Shown here: in pieces, positions 1 to 13,690 of the stretch
Position numbering within the stretch: position 1 is the first letter of the stretch
How the letters are laid out: every line of letters starts with the position of its first letter
Assembly (NCBI GenBank): GCA_963665145.1
Contig: OY762064.1
Coordinates: 1,480,479 to 1,544,478, forward strand
Reading direction: 5' to 3'
Length of the DNA: 64,000 bases
Source: Gammaproteobacteria bacterium
Lineage (GTDB): Bacteria > Pseudomonadota > Gammaproteobacteria > Steroidobacterales > Foliamicaceae
Translations under genes and position numbers: made by a program
Notes under the pieces: generated by a model
The model's database searches: none
Seen by the model: only the letters and a program-made list of their open reading frames with translations
Told to the model about the DNA's origin: nothing

Positions 1-1149
1 GCCGACGTGTTGGCCAAGGCGAAGCAACAGACCGACGCCGACGTGGTGCTGGCGCTGGCGCGCGAATCGGCCCGTACCGTGGAATGGCTGGCCGATGAAT
101 GCGGCGTGGCCCTGTCGCTGGTGGACAGCTTTCTCTACTCCGGACACAGCGTCAAGCGCATGCACGGCAGCCCCAACCGCACCGGAGCCGAACTGATGGG
201 CAGCCTTCTGGATGCCTGCACCGAGGCAGGCGTCGATTTGCTCACCGACGCCCGCGTCAGCAACCTGTTCGCCGATCCCGACGGACGAATCACCGGACTG
301 CGCTGCACCCGCCCGGACGGCAGCTTTGAGGACCTGGGCTGTAACGCGCTGGTCCTCGCCTGCTGCGGGTTCGCCGGCAACCAGGACATGGTGGCCGAGT
401 ATCTACCCGAAATGCGCTACGCCGAGTTCTTCGGCCACCCCGGCAACCAGGGCGAGGCCATTCAGTGGGGACGGGAAATGGGCGCGGCAATTGCGGACAT
501 TCGGGCCTACCAGGGCCACGGCGGACTGGCAAAGGGCTACGGCGTTCCGATCCTTTGGCCGGTCATCCTGGAAGGCGGCATACAAGTAAATCTGAAAGGC
601 CTGAGATTCTCCGACGAGTCGCTGGGTTATTCGGAACAGGCGGTCAACGTACTCGCGCAGCCCGAACACGTCGCGATTACCGTATACGACCAGCGCCTGC
701 ACGAATTGATGCATGAGTTCAACGACTACCGCGAGGCGGTCAGCGCCGGCGCGGTTCGGAAAGCGGCCACACAAGGCGAACTGGCGGAGGCATTCGGGAT
801 GCCGGCCGATGTTCTCGATCGGACGCTGGCCGATACCGCCGCCATGACGCGCGGCGAAGTCCAGGACCCCTTCGGTCGCGACTTCACCGGCAGACCGGAA
901 CTTTCGGCACCCTGGTACGGGGTTCGCGTGACCGGCGCGCTGTTTCACACCCAGGGCGGCCTCAGGGTGGATGCACGGGCGCGCGTGTTGCGTGAGGACG
1001 GCAGCCGATTCCCCAACCTGTTCGCCGGCGGGGGGGCGGCCCGCGGAATATCCGGACCGTCCCGCTGGGGCTACATCGCCGGCAACGGCCTGCTCACCGC
1101 CACCACATTCGGCCGCCTGGCAGGCGAGACCGCTGCCGGCGCAGCCTAG
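1..1149 (+). CDS. FAD-dependent oxidoreductase (FAD_binding_2 / flavocytochrome c / 3-ketosteroid dehydrogenase-like), 5' end outside window
   Basis: Open frame from base 1. Family-typical segments LVLACCGFAGN, GALFHTQGGLRVD and the C-terminal LFAGGGAARG...GNGLLTATTFGRLAG. The N-terminal GxGxxG is not in the window. Confidence 0.8.
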   Translation, partial: ADVLAKAKQQTDADVVLALARESARTVEWLADECGVALSLVDSFLYSGHSVKRMHGSPNRTGAELMGSLLDACTEAGVDLLTDARVSNLFADPDGRITGLRCTRPDGSFEDLGCNALVLACCGFAGNQDMVAEYLPEMRYAEFFGHPGNQGEAIQWGREMGAAIADIRAYQGHGGLAKGYGVPILWPVILEGGIQVNLKGLRFSDESLGYSEQAVNVLAQPEHVAITVYDQRLHELMHEFNDYREAVSAGAVRKAATQGELAEAFGMPADVLDRTLADTAAMTRGEVQDPFGRDFTGRPELSAPWYGVRVTGALFHTQGGLRVDARARVLREDGSRFPNLFAGGGAARGISGPSRWGYIAGNGLLTATTFGRLAGETAAGAA

Positions 1150-1221
1150 CAGTCCGTGGCAGAACCCCGCGTCGCGCCGAGACCGGGCAGGCGCGATTCG
1201 CCCGCCGTTATGATTCCCGCC

Positions 1222-3411
1222 ATGAACAGGAAACATGCATGGCTCACGGTTGCCGGCGTCGCGGTTGTAGCGTTGCTGGTGCTGGTGGGCTGGATGGCAA
1301 GCGACTATCGGCTCTGGGTCCGGTTCGCCACCTGGCCCCAGGATGCGTCCGATCCGGCCAATGCCAAGGAGTATTCGCCGCTTGCGCCCATCGCCCATGG
1401 CGACAGCCAGGCCCCCGATATCGCGCCGGACCCCGTGATACCGCAGGATGTTCTTGAGGAGGCTTGGGACTACGCGCAAAGCCAGCGCACCTATGCACTG
1501 CTGGTTTCCGTCAACGGGCATCTTCAATTCGAGCGCTATGACCGCGGGGCCAATGCGCGAACGCCCTACAATTCCCAGTCGCTGCACAAGAGCCTGACCG
1601 CGGTGATGCTGGGCGCGGCGATCCACAACGGCGCGGTCGAGTCCGAGCATCAGCCCGCGTCCTTCTGGCTGGACGAGTGGGCCCAGGATTCGCAGCGCTC
1701 CGGCATAACGCTGGCCAACCTGGCCTACATGGAAGGCGGCCTGGAACGCGGCCGATTCGCCGTCAGCCCGTTCGCGCCCGGTGCGCGACTGTTCCTGACC
1801 GGCCGCCTGGCCCGCGAAACGCTGACCACGCCCATGGCCGCGGCGCCCGGCGAGGAGTACATCTGGTCCAATGCCAGCGTGCAGGCGCTTTCCATCGCGA
1901 TCGAGAGGGCCGCCGGCCGGCCCTGGGCACAACTGCTGCGGGACTGGATCTGGGAGCCGATCGGGGCGGGGGAGGCCTGGGTGTATCTGGACCGCCCCGG
2001 GGGCAATGCGCGATCGTTCTGCTGCCTCATATCCAACGGGCGCAACTGGCTGCGTATCGGCGAGTTGCTTGCCGGCGACGGCGTCTGGAAAGGCCGCCGT
2101 CTGCTTGCTGAAGGCTGGGTTGGCCGCATGACGCAGGGCGCGGAGAGCAACCCCAATTTCGGCATGCAATTGTGGCGAAACGAACCCTACGCGCCGACCC
2201 AGCTGCGCATGTCGCAGCCTCGCATCGAAGTTCCGCGCGATGCGGCGCTGGCGGCGCCCGACGCCTGGTACATGGAAGGGCATTTCTCGCAACGCGTTTA
2301 CGTGGTGCCCTCGATGGGGCTGGTGGTGGTCCGCTTCGGCGAGGACCGCCTGGACTGGGACGACGCGGCGATGATGAACGGCCTGATCGAGGCGCTCAAG
2401 CCCGCAGCGCCGGTTTCTCTGAATATTCCGCGGCCGGACCATGCCTTCGGTGACCGGCCGGCGCCCCGGCCGCCTGATTACGGCAACCGGGATAACTGGG
2501 CCGTCCATCCCGATCCCGACCTGGCCGTCGCCCCCGAATTGGCAGCCGGCTTCTACATTCATCCCACCACCTGGCCGGGGCTTGAATGGAACGCCGACGT
2601 CGCGGATGGTGAAGCGCGGCCGGCGGTGGATGCGGTAGTCGCCTCGCAAGGCAGCGTGCTCGATGCCTGCTGTGCCGTCTATGCGCCCCGCTACCGCCAG
2701 GCTGCTTCGGCCTCGGTCTTCGACCCAGCGGGGAACGGGCCGCAGGCCTACGATCTGGCCTTCACCGACGTGGTGCGGGCCTTCAGCCACTTCGCCGAAC
2801 AGACGGGAGACCGGCCGATCGTCATGCTTGGCCACAGCCAGGGCGGCTTGCATACCAGGCGCCTGGTCAGCGACGTTATTTTGCAGGATCCGGAACTGAA
2901 GAAGCGCCTGGTGGCGGCCTATGTTGCGGGTATTCCCATCCCGCTCGGCAGCTATAAGGATGAACTCGATGGATTTGAGCCCTGCCGGGACGACGGCGAC
3001 ACCGGCTGCATCGTCTCCTGGGTTACCTATGGGCCCACCGCCGACGCCCGCGCGTATCAAGTGTTCACGTCCACGCGCTTCCCGCAATACCGGCGAGACG
3101 ACGGCGGGCTGGACGTGCAATGCAACAACCCGCTGAACTGGTCAGCCCCGGGCGAGTGGACGCCGGCTTGGGCCAATCGGGGCGCGGTGGCGCCCTCCCT
3201 CCCGGGGCAGGCCCGGCGGGCTTCGATCCCGGGCGTGACCGGCGCCTGGTGCGACCAGGGCATATTGCGCCTGGATCGAACACCGGCTGCGCCGTTCGAC
3301 ACGCTGTTGCTGCCGGGAGCAAGCTACCACTACTACGATGTTGCCTTGTTCCACGCGGCGCTGAGCGAGAACGCGGCGTTGCGCGTTCAGGCCTGGCGCC
3401 AATCCCAATAG
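1222..3411 (+). CDS. Fusion of an N-terminal beta-lactamase-family serine hydrolase and a C-terminal DUF3089-like alpha/beta hydrolase; N-terminal membrane anchor (start uncertain: 1156, 1210 or 1222)
   Basis: Hydrophobic N-terminus; SxxK motif S-L-H-K at 1579-1590; WYMEGHFSQRVYVVPS; then FYIHPTT, GHSQG (2830-2844), LVAAY, CNNPLNW, YHYYDVALF. Confidence 0.75.
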   Translation: MNRKHAWLTVAGVAVVALLVLVGWMASDYRLWVRFATWPQDASDPANAKEYSPLAPIAHGDSQAPDIAPDPVIPQDVLEEAWDYAQSQRTYALLVSVNGHLQFERYDRGANARTPYNSQSLHKSLTAVMLGAAIHNGAVESEHQPASFWLDEWAQDSQRSGITLANLAYMEGGLERGRFAVSPFAPGARLFLTGRLARETLTTPMAAAPGEEYIWSNASVQALSIAIERAAGRPWAQLLRDWIWEPIGAGEAWVYLDRPGGNARSFCCLISNGRNWLRIGELLAGDGVWKGRRLLAEGWVGRMTQGAESNPNFGMQLWRNEPYAPTQLRMSQPRIEVPRDAALAAPDAWYMEGHFSQRVYVVPSMGLVVVRFGEDRLDWDDAAMMNGLIEALKPAAPVSLNIPRPDHAFGDRPAPRPPDYGNRDNWAVHPDPDLAVAPELAAGFYIHPTTWPGLEWNADVADGEARPAVDAVVASQGSVLDACCAVYAPRYRQAASASVFDPAGNGPQAYDLAFTDVVRAFSHFAEQTGDRPIVMLGHSQGGLHTRRLVSDVILQDPELKKRLVAAYVAGIPIPLGSYKDELDGFEPCRDDGDTGCIVSWVTYGPTADARAYQVFTSTRFPQYRRDDGGLDVQCNNPLNWSAPGEWTPAWANRGAVAPSLPGQARRASIPGVTGAWCDQGILRLDRTPAAPFDTLLLPGASYHYYDVALFHAALSENAALRVQAWRQSQ

Positions 3412-3434
3412 CGCCAATTCCCGCTCGCGGAAAT

Positions 3435-3463
3435 TTCGCCGAATTGCGTGCGGCGTTTATACT
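3435..3463 (+). promoter_or_regulatory. Possible sigma70 promoter for the TBDR (TTCGCC-N17-TATACT)
   Basis: Good -10 box, weak -35 box, 17-nt spacer, intergenic position upstream of ATG 3520. Confidence 0.3.
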
Positions 3464-3519
3464 CCGCTTCGATCCGCTTGGGGAGGCGGAACTTTCTTGG
3501 ACTTGATCAGGGGACAACC

Positions 3520-5955
3520 ATGACCTTATCGCGTTTCATGCGCCCGGCGATTGCGCTCGGCGTCCTTTCCTTGCTTGCAACTTCATTGCCCGCGCAGGAC
3601 ATCGAGGAAATCGTGGTGACGGCGCGGAAACGCACCGAGTCGGTGCAGGACATACCGCTGAGCATTTCGGTGTTTGACGCAGAAGCCATCGCCGCGGCGG
3701 GAATCAAGGACATCGACGACATCGCCCGGCTCACGCCCGGCCTGGTGTTCGACAAGGGCTGGATCCCGCAGGACACGCGCCCGCACATTCGCGGCCTGCC
3801 CACCGACCGCGGCCGTGCTCCGGTTGGCATCCTGGTGGACGGCATCGACATCTCATCGGAATCGATGCTGACCTCCGGCGGCGGAATGCTGATGAACCTC
3901 AAGGTCATGGACATTGAGCGTATTGAAGTAGTCAAGGGCCCGCAAAGCGCACTGTATGGCCGCGTAGCCTTCGGTGGAGCGGTCAATTACGTGTCCAAGG
4001 GGCCCAGCGAGGAACTTGAAGCGGATTTCTCCGCTGATGTGGGCCAATACGGGCAAATGGAAGCCCGCGTGGGTGTGTCCTTCCCGGTATCGGAGACCTT
4101 CGGCGTGCGGATCAACGCCGTAACGGCGCAGCACGACGGCTATTACGAGAATGAAGTGTCAGGCGAAGGCATTGGCGGTTCGGACTCTACGGGATTGTCC
4201 GCCGCCGCCGCGTTGCAGCCGTCCGACACCTTCAGCCTGGACCTGCGCGTGGCGTATTCGTCGGACGAATACGAAATCCGCCCGCAGGCGCAGCAGGCCA
4301 GCAAGACCGGCCACGCCGACCCTGTGTTCCTGCCGCCGAATGCGGTCGGACTCCTGTCGCCGGGCGCATTCGGGCCGGTTCCCTACCCCGCGAACGTATT
4401 TGCGCCGCCGGCCGGGGCGATCACTTCGCTGGACACGATTACCGCCAGCCTGAACCCTTACACCGGTGAAGACTACGAAGGAAGCACCTTCGACTCGCTG
4501 CTGGTGCACGCAAGGGCGGAATGGGACCTGGGCGCGGCAAAGCTGAACGCCTGGCTGGGCAGCACCGCCGCCGAAACCACCCAGAACATGGATGTGGACT
4601 ACTACGGGGAGCCCTGGCAGCCGGTTTTCCTGCCGTCGCCCGGCGTCAACGAACCGTTGCCCGCGCAATTCCTTTTCGACCTTGAAACGGACATCGACCA
4701 GACCAACCTCGAACTCAGGCTCGGCGACCTGGAATCGGATGGATTCCGCTGGGCCGTGGGCGGACTGTACTGGAACGAGGAAGTGCGGCAGAAGAACGGC
4801 AACCTGATTGTGCTGATGTTCGTTCCGTTCATTTCCGCGGGCCAGAACGTGGCCGCGCAAAGCCCCATCACGAAGCGCGACGAGGGCCGCGATACCGATC
4901 ACTGGTCGGTATACGGAATGCTCGAATACGACTTCAACGACAAGCTGACCGGCTCGGTGGAAGCCCGCTACTCGGACGAGTCCACGGATTCGTACTGGAC
5001 CGTGGGCGGTAACGGCATGATCGGCGCCGCGTTTGCGGGACCGATCCCGGTCAACCACAATCCCACCGCCGAGCGAGGCTCCGAGGACAGCTTCTTCACG
5101 CCGCGGTTTACGCTGGAATACCAGTACTCCGACAACATACTCACCTACGCTTCCATTGCCAAGGGCGTCAAGCCCGGCGGCGTGTCCACGATTGCAAGCC
5201 CGAACCCCGTTACCGCGCGCTTCGCGCCGGAGGAATTGTGGAACTACGAGGCCGGATTCAAGAGCTCGCTGGCGGATGGCCGCGTAACGTTCAACGCTGC
5301 GGTGTTCTTCATGGACTACGAGGGCAAACAGACGGTCAGTCTTGAGCCCAGCGCGACCGCGGCCACCGGCTTCGACCTGGTGGTGGGCAATGCGGGCGCC
5401 GCGGAAGTCAAGGGCTTTGAGGTGGAAGGGGCACTTGCAATCACGCAAGAGCTGGTGATTCGTGGCGGATATACGTGGCTGGACAGCGAGTACACCGACT
5501 TTGTGAGCCTCACCAATAGCTCACTTACCATCGGGCTGGTCGGCAATTGCACGCTGGAGCAGACACCTGCCGGGTTTTACCTCTGTTCGGTCGACCAGAC
5601 CGGGTACGAGATGGAGCGCGTGCCACGCCACAACCTCAACCTTTCCGCCAGCTACACCCGCGCCGTCGGCAACGGCATGAACTTCCAGCTCGACCTGCTG
5701 ATGCAGTACCAGAGCGAACGGGGCATCGCCGCCGGACGCCGCAACGTGTTCGACTCCTGGGTCAACGTCGATGCACGCATCGGCCTGCAGGCGGAACGCT
5801 GGAGCCTGTTCGCCTACGTGGACAACGTAACGGGTGACGATACGGTGCGCACCGCGCAGAGTTCGGGCGATTTCTTCGCCCTGGGCAACCTTTCGACCGT
5901 TATCTTCGCTCCGGACAAGCGCCAGGCGGGATTGCGCTTCAGCTACTCGATGTAG
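3520..5955 (+). CDS. TonB-dependent receptor
   Basis: Signal peptide; TonB-box/plug IEEIVVTARKRTESVQDIPLS; ERIEVVKGPQSALYGR; C-terminal YVDNVTG...GLRFSYSM. Confidence 0.92.
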   Translation: MTLSRFMRPAIALGVLSLLATSLPAQDIEEIVVTARKRTESVQDIPLSISVFDAEAIAAAGIKDIDDIARLTPGLVFDKGWIPQDTRPHIRGLPTDRGRAPVGILVDGIDISSESMLTSGGGMLMNLKVMDIERIEVVKGPQSALYGRVAFGGAVNYVSKGPSEELEADFSADVGQYGQMEARVGVSFPVSETFGVRINAVTAQHDGYYENEVSGEGIGGSDSTGLSAAAALQPSDTFSLDLRVAYSSDEYEIRPQAQQASKTGHADPVFLPPNAVGLLSPGAFGPVPYPANVFAPPAGAITSLDTITASLNPYTGEDYEGSTFDSLLVHARAEWDLGAAKLNAWLGSTAAETTQNMDVDYYGEPWQPVFLPSPGVNEPLPAQFLFDLETDIDQTNLELRLGDLESDGFRWAVGGLYWNEEVRQKNGNLIVLMFVPFISAGQNVAAQSPITKRDEGRDTDHWSVYGMLEYDFNDKLTGSVEARYSDESTDSYWTVGGNGMIGAAFAGPIPVNHNPTAERGSEDSFFTPRFTLEYQYSDNILTYASIAKGVKPGGVSTIASPNPVTARFAPEELWNYEAGFKSSLADGRVTFNAAVFFMDYEGKQTVSLEPSATAATGFDLVVGNAGAAEVKGFEVEGALAITQELVIRGGYTWLDSEYTDFVSLTNSSLTIGLVGNCTLEQTPAGFYLCSVDQTGYEMERVPRHNLNLSASYTRAVGNGMNFQLDLLMQYQSERGIAAGRRNVFDSWVNVDARIGLQAERWSLFAYVDNVTGDDTVRTAQSSGDFFALGNLSTVIFAPDKRQAGLRFSYSM

Positions 5956-5981
5956 CCTGGGAACGAGGGCTTCCAGCCCTC
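5956..5981 (+). repeat. 26-bp REP-like hairpin element, copy 1 (CCTGGGAACGAGGGCTTCCAGCCCTC)
   Basis: Begins immediately after the TAG. Stem GAGGGC/GCCCTC. Related copies at 9085, 9114, 34660, 35754 and 51891. Confidence 0.7.
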
Positions 5982-5994
5982 AATGATGATGCTG

Positions 5995-6020
5995 GAAAGA
6001 GGGCGGAAACGCCCTTTTTC
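5995..6020 (+). terminator. Intrinsic, probably bidirectional, terminator between convergent genes
   Basis: GAAAGAGGGCG-GAAA-CGCCCTTTTTC: GC stem, GAAA tetraloop, T-run. Confidence 0.7.
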
Positions 6021-6021
6021 C

Positions 6022-7014
6022 TTATGGGGATGCGGCGTGGTCCGTGGATTCAATCGAGGGCGGGACGCCCTCGATCCCAGACTGCTCCAGCCGGTCCAGG
6101 AAGGCACGCACGGCCGGCGCGGACGCTTCTCCGGCCTCGATCGGCAGGATATGGCCCGCTTTCTCGTAACCGTGGTATTCCACCTCGGCGTTGTTGAGAA
6201 ATTTCATGAAGCGCTGGGCCTCGTCGCTCGGCAGGACCTGCGACTGGCTCCATAACAGCAACACCGGCTGGGTGATCCCCGCCAGCACCGCCTCGGGATC
6301 GCCGGTGCGGTATTGCTGCAGGCTCAAGGCCCCCTCTTCCTGTGCCCCGACGCGCCTGGCCATGTCGTAGTACTGCCGGACCAGCGCCTCGGGAGCTGCC
6401 GATGGATCGTGCCAGGTGCGCTCAAAGAAGGTCTCGAAATAACCGTACGGGAAGTGGTACTTGTATAGCAGCCGCCGGAACGGATTGGAGTCCGGCTGGT
6501 TCGGCCCCTTGCCGGGTTCGCGCGGCAGACCGGCGGCATTGGCCAGGATCAGCGCGGGAATGCGCTCGCCGTGCCGTGAGGTCATGCGAAACGCCGAAAT
6601 ACTTCCGATCGAAGTGCCGCCTGCGTAGAAACGTTCAATGCCCAGCTCGTCCATCAGGCCCATTGCGAGGTCGATCACCCGGTCGATCGAGTAGTCGCCG
6701 CCGGGATCGGAACCGGACAACCCGTAACCGGGAATGTCGAAACTGATCACGCGGTAGGCGTCCGCCAGCGCATCGGTCCAGTCATCGAACATGCGCAGGT
6801 TGCCGGCGTGGCCGTGCAACAGCAGTACGACCGGCCCGCTGCCGACGTCCCGCACGTGCAGTTCAACCCCGTCCACCTCGATGAAACGGGAATCCTCCAG
6901 CCGGTACTGCTCGATCAGCGCGTCACGCGAAATCTTCGACCAGCGGCTGGCCCAAAGGAAAGTCAGCAGCGCGGCAAGGACCGCCAGCCCGGCGATTGCC
7001 AGGAAAGCCTTCAA
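6022..7014 (-). CDS. Alpha/beta hydrolase with N-terminal anchor or signal
   Basis: GPVVLLLHGHAG; nucleophile elbow GTSIGS; C-terminal AGHILP. Start overlaps the upstream stop (ATGA at 7011-7014). Confidence 0.88.
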   Translation of the reverse strand: MKAFLAIAGLAVLAALLTFLWASRWSKISRDALIEQYRLEDSRFIEVDGVELHVRDVGSGPVVLLLHGHAGNLRMFDDWTDALADAYRVISFDIPGYGLSGSDPGGDYSIDRVIDLAMGLMDELGIERFYAGGTSIGSISAFRMTSRHGERIPALILANAAGLPREPGKGPNQPDSNPFRRLLYKYHFPYGYFETFFERTWHDPSAAPEALVRQYYDMARRVGAQEEGALSLQQYRTGDPEAVLAGITQPVLLLWSQSQVLPSDEAQRFMKFLNNAEVEYHGYEKAGHILPIEAGEASAPAVRAFLDRLEQSGIEGVPPSIESTDHAASP

Positions 7015-8168
7015 ACGGCTTCCAGCGCCTGCAAGAGATCGTTGATCTGGTCTTCGACATCTTCGATGCCCAGCGAAAGCCGCAGCAGGTTACCGGTGAT
7101 TCCGGCAGCCTTGCGCGCCTCCTCCGTCATTGAGGCATGGCTCATCAGCGGCGGATGCCCCGCCAGGCTCTCGACGCCTCCCAGGCTCTCGGCAATGGTG
7201 AACAACTGCAGCGCGTTCAGCATCCTTTCCGACGCGTTCTCGTCGCCGTGAAGGTGCAGCGAGACGACCGCACCGAAGCCATCCATCTGCTTTCCGGCAA
7301 GCTCGTGTCGCGGGTGATCCGCAAGACCCGGGTAGTAGACCTGCGCGACCTTGTCGTGCCCCTGCAATTCGCGGGCCACGCGCGCAGCGTTGGCGAACTG
7401 CCGCCGGACCCGAAGTTCCATGGTCTTCAGTCCCCGCAGCGCCAGGTACGAATCCAGCGGAGCGAGCACACCCCCGGTGCGATTGCGGACCCGTTGCAGG
7501 CGGCCGGCGAGATCGCTGTCGGAGACGGTCAGCGCCCCGCCCAATACATCGGAATGGCCGGCGATGTACTTGGTAATCGAGTGCATGGAAATATCCACGC
7601 CCAGGGCCAGGGGCCGGGTGGCCAATGGCGTGGCCAGGGTGCTGTCCACACAGCTCAAGGCGCCGTTCGCCGCGCACAACTCCGAAACGGCCTTCAGATC
7701 GGTAATGTGCATCAGCGGGTTGGAAGGCGTTTCCATCCACACCAGCCGGGTGTTCTTGCGCCATGCCGCCTGCACCGCTTGCGGCCCCTCGTTCTGATGA
7801 ACGTAGCTGACCTCGAAACGCCCTTCGCCCGCAACCCGCAGCATATTGAAACTGCCGCCGTAGACGTTGGCCGGTCCGATGATGTGGTCGCCGGGCTCAA
7901 GCAATTCCAGCACCGCCGAACTTGCCGCCATTCCCGATGCGAAGGCTAAAGTGCGGGTGCCGCCCTCCAGTTCCGCCAGGGCCCGCTCGAAGGCATCGCG
8001 GGTGGGATTGGAAATGCGGCTGTAGATGTGTTGCGGCTGCTCCCTCATCGCCTCGTAGGCAAAGGTGCTGCTCTGGTGAATGGCAGGCATTACTCCGCCG
8101 GTCTCGGCGTCGTGGGTGTTGCCTGCGTGCACGCAGCGCGTCGAATTTCCTTGCGGTCTGGTCTTCAT
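7011..8168 (-). CDS. metB: PLP-dependent trans-sulfuration enzyme (cystathionine gamma-synthase/lyase family)
   Basis: YSRISNPTR, WMETPSNP, PLP-lysine motif HSITKYIAGHSD, AESLGGVESL, LLRLSLGIED. The exact reaction (synthase versus lyase) cannot be resolved from sequence. Confidence 0.8.
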   Translation of the reverse strand: MKTRPQGNSTRCVHAGNTHDAETGGVMPAIHQSSTFAYEAMREQPQHIYSRISNPTRDAFERALAELEGGTRTLAFASGMAASSAVLELLEPGDHIIGPANVYGGSFNMLRVAGEGRFEVSYVHQNEGPQAVQAAWRKNTRLVWMETPSNPLMHITDLKAVSELCAANGALSCVDSTLATPLATRPLALGVDISMHSITKYIAGHSDVLGGALTVSDSDLAGRLQRVRNRTGGVLAPLDSYLALRGLKTMELRVRRQFANAARVARELQGHDKVAQVYYPGLADHPRHELAGKQMDGFGAVVSLHLHGDENASERMLNALQLFTIAESLGGVESLAGHPPLMSHASMTEEARKAAGITGNLLRLSLGIEDVEDQINDLLQALEAV

Positions 8169-8215
8169 AATCGTCCTCGAAGCGGCATTATGCCGGTTTG
8201 CACGACAATATCTCC

Positions 8216-9115
8216 ATGACGATTCTGCGGACCACGGACTCTTGCGCCGCTAATCAGCGGCTCAAGCTCGGCGAAATGCTGCGGCGCGGCGCGCGGCGCT
8301 TGCGGCCCGTCAGCGACAGTCCGAGGCTGGATTGCGAATTGCTGCTGGCCCACGCGCTTGGCGTGGATCGCGCTGCCTTGTATGCGCAATCCGAAGAGGC
8401 ACTGAGCTCGCGCTGCCTGCAAGCCTTCGATGGGATGCTGGGCGAACGGATCCGGGGGCGACCGGTTGCTCAGATCCTCGGCTACAAGGAGTTCTACTCG
8501 CTGCACTTCGAGATCACACGCGAGGTGCTTTCGCCACGGCCGGAGACCGAGTTGCTGGTTGAAGTGCTTTCCGAGGCCATGGGCGAGAAAGGACGGCACC
8601 CGCACCTTCTCGACCTGGGCACCGGCAGCGGCGCCGTGGCGATCTCTTTGGCGCGGCTGCTGCCTCAAGGCCGCATCACCGCAACGGATATATCGGCAGC
8701 TGCGCTCGATGTGGCTACGGGCAACGCGGCGAGGCTGGCGCCGAAACGGATCCACTTCCTGTCAGGCTCCTGGTACGAGCCGATCGATGAGCAATGGCGG
8801 TTCGATGCCATCGGCTGCAATCCGCCGTACGTGGAATCAGATCTTTGCGGGCATCCGCCGCTCAAATTCGAGCCGAATGAAGCGCTCGACGGAGGCCCGG
8901 ACGGTCTGCGCCAACTGCGAGCGGTGGTCGCTGGGGCGCCGGCGCATCTCAAACCCGGCGGCATTCTGGCGGTGGAGCACGGCGCACGGCAGGGCAAGGC
9001 CGTCAGGGAGATGATGAGACAGGCCGGACTCGGGGCGCCGGTCACTCATCGCGACCTGGCAGGGCACGAGCGGGTTACGGAAGCGAGGTCCGGAAGCCCT
9101 CGGTCCCGGCGGTGA
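8216..9115 (+). CDS. prmC: Release factor glutamine methyltransferase (HemK/PrmC)
   Basis: SPRLDCELLLAHAL, PVAQILGYKEFY, PRPETELLV, DLGTGSGAVA, NPPY, ALDGGPDGL, DLAGHERV. Confidence 0.92.
   Translation: MTILRTTDSCAANQRLKLGEMLRRGARRLRPVSDSPRLDCELLLAHALGVDRAALYAQSEEALSSRCLQAFDGMLGERIRGRPVAQILGYKEFYSLHFEITREVLSPRPETELLVEVLSEAMGEKGRHPHLLDLGTGSGAVAISLARLLPQGRITATDISAAALDVATGNAARLAPKRIHFLSGSWYEPIDEQWRFDAIGCNPPYVESDLCGHPPLKFEPNEALDGGPDGLRQLRAVVAGAPAHLKPGGILAVEHGARQGKAVREMMRQAGLGAPVTHRDLAGHERVTEARSGSPRSRR
9085..9110 (-). repeat. REP-like element copy (GCCGGGACCGAGGGCTTCCGGACCTC)
   Basis: 21/26 identical to copy 1 by manual alignment; tandem with the copy at 9114. Confidence 0.6.
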
Positions 9116-9139
9116 GGACAGGGTGTCCTCCTTCCCGGG
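9114..9139 (-). repeat. REP-like element copy (CCCGGGAAGGAGGACACCCTGTCCTC)
   Basis: Starts immediately after the metH stop. Stem GAGGAC/GTCCTC carries a compensatory change relative to GAGGGC/GCCCTC. Confidence 0.65.
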
Positions 9140-12816
<3,677 letters not shown>

Positions 12817-12820
<4 letters not shown>

Positions 12821-13683
12821 GGCGGTGGAGCTGCGGCGGCCAGGCCCAGCGCCTCACATATCGCCGCGGTCAGCGGGGCGCGATTCATCGTGTAGATGTG
12901 AAACCTCGTCACGCCCTGTTCGGCAAGGTCACGTACCTGGTCCACGGAAAACCCATCGGCGACCCGACGCAAGGCCTCCGGGTCGTGCTCCAGCTCCTCC
13001 AGGCGCTTGCGCAGCCGACCCGGGACTTCAACGTGGGTCTTTCCGGCGAAGGAGAACACCTGCTTGAAGTTGTGCAGCGGCATGACGCCGGGCGCCAGAA
13101 GATGCTCGATTCCGGCGGCCGCAAAGGCGTCTCGCAATCGGTAGTACTTGCCGTTGTCGAGGAAAAACTGCGTGATGGCCAGGGTGGCCCCGGCGTCCAG
13201 CTTCTCCTTGACGAAATCCACATGGCGCCGAAGCTGCGCAGGATCGCCGGCGCCGTGCTCGGGATGGGTGCCCACCATTACTTCCCGCATCCCGGCGGCC
13301 CTCACGTCCTTTACCAATTGCACAGTCGACGAATAGCCGCTTTCCTGCGCCGCCTGCGGGATGCCGCCCGGAGGTATGTCGCCACGCAAGGCGATCATGC
13401 GGCGCACGCCTTCGGCAACGTAATCGCGAACGATCTCCCTTATTTCCTCGCGCGTGTGCGACACGTAGGTAAGGTGCGGGGCACAGTCCACGCCATTTTC
13501 CCGGCGAATCCGCCGCACCCATTGGGCGGTTCCCTTGCGCGTCGATCCGCCGGCCCCGTACGAGACGGTGCAATAGAACGGCCCATACGGCAAGAGCTGC
13601 GCAAGCGAGGTTTCCAGAAGCGCAGCCATTTCTTCCGAACGTGGCGGAAAGAACTCCAGCGAAACTTTTGCAGGTGGGTTCAT
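12817..13683 (-). CDS. metF: Methylenetetrahydrofolate reductase
   Basis: [42 protein letters not shown]. Stop overlaps the metH start. Confidence 0.93.
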
Positions 13684-13690
13684 GGAAATT

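Noticed and set aside
1222-2400. Beta-lactamase-fold genes as antibiotic resistance determinants
   Set aside because: Membrane-anchored esterase/amidase-like family with non-canonical YxN; the context is catabolic.
403-3120. 905-aa minus-strand ORF
   Set aside because: Antisense shadow of two well-supported plus-strand genes; no recognisable motifs; expected in GC-rich DNA.
6022-7014. Hydrolase coupled to metB as MetX (homoserine acetyltransferase)
   Set aside because: It has an N-terminal anchor, lacks MetX-type motifs and resembles the 30067 hydrolase instead.
5956-9139. 26-bp repeats as a CRISPR array
   Set aside because: Copies are dispersed and degenerate, there are no regular unique spacers, and no cas genes are present.
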